Shown here: positions 58,839 through 64,000 of the stretch, one piece after another
How positions within the stretch are numbered: position 1 is the first letter of the stretch
Layout: every line of letters starts with the position of its first letter
NCBI GenBank assembly: GCA_002718195.1
Contig: PBDU01000011.1
Span: forward strand, 91,927 to 155,926
Reading direction: 5' to 3'
From: Methanobacteriota archaeon
Lineage (GTDB): Archaea > Thermoplasmatota > Poseidoniia > Poseidoniales > Poseidoniaceae
DNA length: 64,000 bases
The notes under the pieces: generated by a model
The model's input: only the letters and a program-made list of their open reading frames with translations
Databases searched by the model: none
Told to the model about the DNA's origin: nothing
Program-made: the position numbers and the translations under genes

Positions 58839-58872
58839 AAAACCCTAAGTGTTAGTGGTATTTGGACATAAT

Positions 58873-60030
58873 GTGAAAGAGATTAAATTCAATGTTCCAT
58901 TTTTGGCTGGCAATGAAAGGAAATACCTTGATGAGGTGTTTCAAAACATGCAGTTCGCCGGCAATGGTCCATTTACCAATAGGGTACAATCATTCCTTGA
59001 GGCTTACCTAAATGCTCCGCGGGTTCTCTTGACTCATAGTTGCACAGGTGCGTTAGAACTGGCAGCGATGCTTGCTGGCTTTGGTCCAGGAGATGAGGTG
59101 ATTGTTCCATCTTTCACGTTTGTCACTAGCGCTTCTGCTATTCAGAGAACAGGTGCAACAGTTGTATTTTGTGAGGTGGATCAGGAAACAATGATAGTTG
59201 ATTTAGTGGATCTTGAAAGTAAAATAACTGAAAAGACCAAAGGAGTAGTAATTGTTGATTATGCAGGAAATACTTGTAATTTTGAACAAGTCACAAAGAT
59301 TTGCTCGCAGTACGGTTTAGAGTGTATAGAAGATGCTGCACAAGGATTGGGATCTTTATACAAAGGCAAGAAGCTATCAACTCTTGCAAGATTTGGTGCA
59401 ATTTCATTTCATGAAACTAAAAATATCCACAGTGGTCTGGGTGGGTGCTTGGTGATAAATAACCAAAAAGACGTTGAGAAAGCAGAGATGGTTTGGGAGA
59501 GGGGAACAAACCGCAGCGCATTTTTCAAAGGATTAGTTGACAAGTATAGTTGGCAAGAAATAGGTTCTTCGTTCTATCCAAGTGAGTTGCAGGCAGCATT
59601 TCTTTTTGCTCAGTTGGAGGGTTTGGAAACTAATCTAAAGAAAAGAAAAGATGTTTGGGAATCTTACTTCAATGAAATTTCAAAAATAGAAAAAAGAAGT
59701 AAATTTAGAATTCTTAAAACTCCAGATTGGTGTGAAAATAATGCTCATTTATTCGGTTTAATTTTTGAAACACCTGAGATGGCTGATAAGATTAGAATTG
59801 ATCTAAATAAACATGGAATAAATGCGGTAATCCATTATGTTCCTTTGCACGAGTCCAAAGTAGGTGCAGACTTAGGATATACTGCTTCAGATTTACCGAT
59901 TACAAGCAACGCAGCCTCTTGTTTGCTTAGATTGCCCCTACACCACGAATTATCGCAAGATGACGTCTTTTACATCATTCAGACTCTTGGTGAACTTCTT
60001 GATTCAAATTCCCCCAATTACCGATTATAG
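58873..60030 (+). CDS. rffA: dTDP-4-amino-4,6-dideoxygalactose transaminase
   Basis: SCTGALE, PSFTFVTSA, EDAAQG, SFHETKN, ERGTNR, VDKY.W, HYVPLH; GTG 58873 start. Confidence 0.88.
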   Translation: MKEIKFNVPFLAGNERKYLDEVFQNMQFAGNGPFTNRVQSFLEAYLNAPRVLLTHSCTGALELAAMLAGFGPGDEVIVPSFTFVTSASAIQRTGATVVFCEVDQETMIVDLVDLESKITEKTKGVVIVDYAGNTCNFEQVTKICSQYGLECIEDAAQGLGSLYKGKKLSTLARFGAISFHETKNIHSGLGGCLVINNQKDVEKAEMVWERGTNRSAFFKGLVDKYSWQEIGSSFYPSELQAAFLFAQLEGLETNLKKRKDVWESYFNEISKIEKRSKFRILKTPDWCENNAHLFGLIFETPEMADKIRIDLNKHGINAVIHYVPLHESKVGADLGYTASDLPITSNAASCLLRLPLHHELSQDDVFYIIQTLGELLDSNSPNYRL

Positions 60031-60676
60031 CCGCTTTTATGCTCACAAAAACAGCACTACCAAGCAGCGGTGAACCAATAAAAATAATCCAATTTTTCAG
60101 TAAGTAATCCACCTCCTCAATGTTGCTTAAGAACAAATTTCCAGTGATTGAAAAACCCATTAGCCTGAGGCCGATGTAAAAAGAGAACAAAAATAATGCA
60201 ACGTCATTATCATTTATTTTGATATTTGAAAAAATGGCATAAGTGCCCAAAATCATTGATGAAATCGTGAAAATTGAAATGTAGCCAAACAGTGACATGA
60301 ACATTGTTGTTGACACTAAAGTAGAAGCAAAGAAGAGAATAAAGCCCCGCTTGTCATTGAAAACACTCTCTAAAAAATGGCACATCAATAATGCAAAACA
60401 CAAATAAATCGCAAGAAATTCAGTGGATGGAGCTTTTGTAAACCAAGTTACGGTGAATACCAATAAAGCAGATAATGGATGAACTGGGCTTAGTGGCTGC
60501 AACTCGTCAACACTTCGTAGGATAATCAGACATATAAGTGAGAAAATAGGAATAGCAACTTCAAATATATCTGTCAATAATAAGATTGCAGGTGAATAAA
60601 TCATAACCAAAGATGAGGCTAAAAGAAGAGGTGTTCTTTGGCCATTGTCAATACTTTTGTAGTCAAAATCGCTCAT
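59975..60676 (-). CDS. hypothetical polytopic membrane protein
   Basis: Almost entirely hydrophobic; GGAGG SD upstream of ATG. Confidence 0.65.
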   Translation of the reverse strand: MSDFDYKSIDNGQRTPLLLASSLVMIYSPAILLLTDIFEVAIPIFSLICLIILRSVDELQPLSPVHPLSALLVFTVTWFTKAPSTEFLAIYLCFALLMCHFLESVFNDKRGFILFFASTLVSTTMFMSLFGYISIFTISSMILGTYAIFSNIKINDNDVALFLFSFYIGLRLMGFSITGNLFLSNIEEVDYLLKNWIIFIGSPLLGSAVFVSIKAAIIGNWGNLNQEVHQESE

Positions 60677-60721
60677 TTATTCCCTCCCTTGATTGGGGGA
60701 CTTGCCTCGTTTTAATTAAAT

Positions 60722-60735
60722 TTAGGTAACCCTAA
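60722..60735. promoter_or_regulatory. palindromic operator TTAGG-N4-CCTAA, copy 3
   Basis: TTAGGTAACCCTAA between divergent membrane gene and rfbA. Confidence 0.7.
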
Positions 60736-60759
60736 AAACAGAACTGAATTGGTTCGACC

Positions 60760-61539
60760 ATGGGTGACAGCACCAACCTTTGCGGAGTAGTCTTGGCTGG
60801 AGGCTGGGGTACCCGTTTAATGCCACTTACAACATCAACAAACAAACACTTGTTACCGGTGTATGACGAGCCAATGATTTGTAAATCGGTTGCAACTCTT
60901 GCCCGTATGGGAATTAAAGAAATAATGGTCGTCTTGGGTGGTTACTCCGGAAATTCTTTCTTCGCTTTGTTGGGAGATGGGCACAGATACGGTTTAGATA
61001 TTCGTTACGCATATCAAGAGCAAGCAGGCGGTATCGCAGAGGCGCTTCGATTAACAAAGGGGTTTGTTGGGTCTAGAAATGTAGCGGTTATACTTGGCGA
61101 TAATGTTTTCCAGCAATCAATGAAAAAATACGCTGACGAATTTGTAAAAGATGAATTACATGAGTGCTATTTGTTTCTCAAACCTGTACCCGATCCTGAA
61201 TCTTTCGGGATTGCATGGATAGATAGTGATGGGAGAATAGTGAACATGCAGGAAAAACCGGCTGTTTCTGATTCTAATTTAGCAATTACAGGATTATACC
61301 TCTACACTCCGCTGGTATTTGATATGATTGAGGAAATATTGTCAACTACTGGTTACTCAAATAGAGGTGAGTTGGAAATCACTGATATCAATCGTCTATT
61401 TATGCAAAAAGATTTAGCAAAGGGCTGCAATTTTGATTCTCACTGGGCTGATTGTGGAACAATAGATGCATTACTCGAAACATCAGTCCTAATGAAAAAT
61501 TGGGACCTTGGTCCCTGGTTACCAGTTAAGGAGGAATGA
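60760..61539 (+). CDS. rfbA: glucose-1-phosphate thymidylyltransferase
   Basis: LAGGWGTRLMPLT, KHLLPVYD, LGDN, EKP, RGELEITD, WADCGT. Confidence 0.88.
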   Translation: MGDSTNLCGVVLAGGWGTRLMPLTTSTNKHLLPVYDEPMICKSVATLARMGIKEIMVVLGGYSGNSFFALLGDGHRYGLDIRYAYQEQAGGIAEALRLTKGFVGSRNVAVILGDNVFQQSMKKYADEFVKDELHECYLFLKPVPDPESFGIAWIDSDGRIVNMQEKPAVSDSNLAITGLYLYTPLVFDMIEEILSTTGYSNRGELEITDINRLFMQKDLAKGCNFDSHWADCGTIDALLETSVLMKNWDLGPWLPVKEE

Positions 61540-61540
61540 A

Positions 61541-62575
61541 ATGAATATTTTAGTAACTGGTGGTTGTGGTTTTATTGGTAACCATGTAGTCAGGAATGCG
61601 CTTCTAATTCCTGGAGTCAGTGCAGTGGTTAACCTCGATTTGTTAACTTATTCTGGAAACCTTCTGAATCTAGAAGATGTTAATGATGAACGTTATTCCT
61701 TTGTTCATGGTTCAATAACAGATTCGCATATTGTACAAAAGACATTACAGGATTTTGACATTGATGTGATCCTGCATCTTGCTGCTGAAAGCCATGTTGA
61801 TCGTTCGATAAATTCAGTTCAACCATTTATCGAAACTAACATCGATGGTACAAGGGTTCTGCTTGAATCTGTAGTAAGTGCGTCAAGCTCGGGGAAAAAA
61901 ATAGCATTTGTTCATGTTTCTACCGATGAAGTGTATGGCTCTCTAGAGCCGGATGAACATTCATTCACCGAAGAGACGCCACTTAATCCACAGAATCCTT
62001 ATGCTGCTTCGAAAGCATCTTCAGATATGTTAGTCAATGCTTTCATCAATACGCATGATATATCTGCCGCTATTACTCGATGTTCGAACAATTACGGTCC
62101 TCGCCAGTTTCCAGAGAAACTAATTCCACTAATGGTTTTGAAAGCCAAGAAAGGAGAACAACTACCAGTATACGGAGACGGCAAGCAGATTAGAGATTGG
62201 ATTCATGTTGAAGATCATGCGAACGGAATTTTGTCCACGATGCTTGCGTTGTACATGGGTACTATTGCTTCAGGTGAAGTATTTAATTTCGGAGCGGATA
62301 ATGAGCAACAGAATATTTCTATTGTTCAACATATCATCTCTCGAACTGGTGCTAATTTATCTCAGATAAAACATGTAACCGACCGTCCCGGTCATGACCG
62401 TAGATATGCAATGGGATACCAAAAGGCAAAAGCCATCTTAGGATGGAAACCTGAAATAGATTGGGAAGTAGGAATTAATGATACAATTAAATGGTATATG
62501 GAAAATCCTGATTGGATAAGATCAATAGAAACGGGAGAGTATCGTGAATATATCAAAGAGCAATATAAATCTTAG
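61541..62575 (+). CDS. rfbB: dTDP-glucose 4,6-dehydratase
   Basis: TGGCGFIG, AAESHVDRS, STDEVYG, PYAASK, NNYGP, DRPGHDRRY; AAGGAGG SD before ATG 61541. Confidence 0.95.
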   Translation: MNILVTGGCGFIGNHVVRNALLIPGVSAVVNLDLLTYSGNLLNLEDVNDERYSFVHGSITDSHIVQKTLQDFDIDVILHLAAESHVDRSINSVQPFIETNIDGTRVLLESVVSASSSGKKIAFVHVSTDEVYGSLEPDEHSFTEETPLNPQNPYAASKASSDMLVNAFINTHDISAAITRCSNNYGPRQFPEKLIPLMVLKAKKGEQLPVYGDGKQIRDWIHVEDHANGILSTMLALYMGTIASGEVFNFGADNEQQNISIVQHIISRTGANLSQIKHVTDRPGHDRRYAMGYQKAKAILGWKPEIDWEVGINDTIKWYMENPDWIRSIETGEYREYIKEQYKS

Positions 62576-62583
62576 ATTAAAGA

Positions 62584-63420
62584 TTAATTTTGGCTGATTA
62601 ATTTGCGAGCTTCCTTTACCATTTTGACAAGTTCTATTCTTGCTTCATCTGGTGTTTTTACATCCTTTTCAAATCCTAAACGAATCGGTTTCGTTTCCGA
62701 ATTAATGGTAGCCATCATTTCAAAGCCATACCTGTCTATGTGAGTCATTACTGCATGAGATGTTTCTTTTGCCTTACTCATAGTTTGGCAATACAAAACT
62801 AGGGCATCTGAGTGATCTTCATTCATGTGTGTAATTATATCATCAGAATTTTGTAATAAAGGATCTGGCTCTGAACTATTCCATCTTGATTCATTGACCC
62901 AAGACATTCTTCCAAAGCCACCTATGTAGCGGACTGATTCCACATTGAGTCGGAAAAATGCAAAATCTTCCCAATCAGCATAAACACTAGCACTTTCGTG
63001 AGCCTCAATGAAGGATTTTTTGACGGATTCCCGCTCATCATCTTGTACCTCTAGACATTCGCCTACCAGTGTCACTCTGCTTAGTGCAAGTGGATTTCCT
63101 TCTCCAGTCTCAGCGATTAATGCTGATGCTTTCGAGTTTGCATTGAGATTTTTTGTATGTTCGGCTAATTGGCTTAGAAGGAAAATTAGGTCGCCATTGT
63201 GCATTGCATATGTGACAAATGAACCGTAAGGATGTCCTTTTGATTTTTCAGAGATCGTGCATAACGTAGCAACATCCATCTTTGCTATCAATGTCCTTGC
63301 GTATTCTGCATGGGATGGTTTAGGAACATTACGATCATACATTAAATCTGGTTTAGAGGAACCGTCGGCAGTTGGGGATGCGTGCTTTGTAAATTTCTTT
63401 TTGGTTGTTTCTTTCGACAT
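62584..63420 (-). CDS. HugZ/HutZ-like heme utilisation protein (PNPOx-like + DUF2470)
   Basis: HPYGS, LAEHTKNL, DF.FFRL, YIGGFG, HMNEDH, IDRYG. Confidence 0.8.
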   Translation of the reverse strand: MSKETTKKKFTKHASPTADGSSKPDLMYDRNVPKPSHAEYARTLIAKMDVATLCTISEKSKGHPYGSFVTYAMHNGDLIFLLSQLAEHTKNLNANSKASALIAETGEGNPLALSRVTLVGECLEVQDDERESVKKSFIEAHESASVYADWEDFAFFRLNVESVRYIGGFGRMSWVNESRWNSSEPDPLLQNSDDIITHMNEDHSDALVLYCQTMSKAKETSHAVMTHIDRYGFEMMATINSETKPIRLGFEKDVKTPDEARIELVKMVKEARKLISQN

Positions 63421-63433
63421 AATTATACCTCTG

Positions 63434-64000
63434 TTAATTGTTTATTTCATCTTTTACTACTATCTGAATATTTCCGGAGGGTGAATTATAAATTTCCGAG
63501 GATACCATGAATACTTCTGCTATATTTTCTGGTGTAAGGACTTCGACAGGTTCACCATCAGCAATAATTTTCCCCTCTGATAATAGAATAATCCTATCTG
63601 CGAACCTTGCTGCTATGTTGATATCATGAATTGCTATTAATGCCGATCTTGGGTTTGCTTTATCCTCAACAAGCGTTTTTATTTTTTTCATAACTTGGAT
63701 TTGATTGTTTAAGTCAAGGTCACTTGTAGGCTCGTCAAGTAAAAACAATCTGGGCTCTTGTGCTATTGCTTTGGCAATAACGACTCGTTGCCTTTCACCT
63801 CCTGAAAGCCTGTTGAATTTTCTAAATGCGAACTCTTCTAGACCAAAAAAGTGGATTGTTTTACTTACAATTTCACGGTCATTTTTCGATATAGCCCAGT
63901 TGATATATGGTCTCCTTCCAAGCATTACGACATCAAAGACATCAATTGAGAAACTTGACTTGACCGACTGTGGGACATATGAAATGAGGCGAGATAAGCT
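63434..64000 (-). CDS. iron-chelate/heme/B12-type ABC ATP-binding protein (FecE/HmuV/BtuD family), 5' truncated
   Basis: Frame open to window edge: YVPQ, VVMLGR, LSGGERQRV, LDEPTSDLD, HDINIA. Confidence 0.88.
   Translation of the reverse strand, partial: SLSRLISYVPQSVKSSFSIDVFDVVMLGRRPYINWAISKNDREIVSKTIHFFGLEEFAFRKFNRLSGGERQRVVIAKAIAQEPRLFLLDEPTSDLDLNNQIQVMKKIKTLVEDKANPRSALIAIHDINIAARFADRIILLSEGKIIADGEPVEVLTPENIAEVFMVSSEIYNSPSGNIQIVVKDEINN

Noticed and set aside
521..63484. Numerous 60-190 aa ORFs nested in or antisense to long genes (e.g. 10234-10671, 26340-26894, 44911-45456, 49547-50113, 57816-58349)
   Set aside because: They overlap well-supported genes and show no recognisable motifs; expected antisense shadows

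Overview
Gene-dense archaeal chromosome segment, most consistent with a Marine Group II (Ca. Poseidoniales) Thermoplasmatota. This is inferred from a Gar1-like gene, an A1-U72 tRNA-Gln, archaeal-type RqcH, BRE/TATA leaderless promoters and giant FG-GAP/TSP3 surface proteins. The left 41 kb is mostly housekeeping: thiN, peptidases, pyrC, mog, rph, thiolase, rqcH, korAB, acnA, ahcY, two tRNAs and two >2000-aa surface proteins. It is followed by a small accessory patch with a Dam-type methylase fused to a HaeIII-like nuclease. Main finding, at 51-55 kb: an ABC operon that would be auto-annotated phnDCE has, as its binding protein, a two-lobed lipoprotein. Both lobes carry the full transferrin motif set (Asp/Tyr/Tyr/His Fe3+ ligands, SCHTG..KSAG anion site, conserved Cys pair). 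A DtxR/SirR-type palindrome (TTAGG-N4-CCTAA) lies in its promoter and recurs in the two divergent promoters of the adjacent amino-sugar/glycosylation cluster. A heme-utilisation operon follows. Together these suggest an archaeal transferrin-based iron uptake system within a metal-regulated island. All family assignments come from motif recognition by eye; no searches were run.
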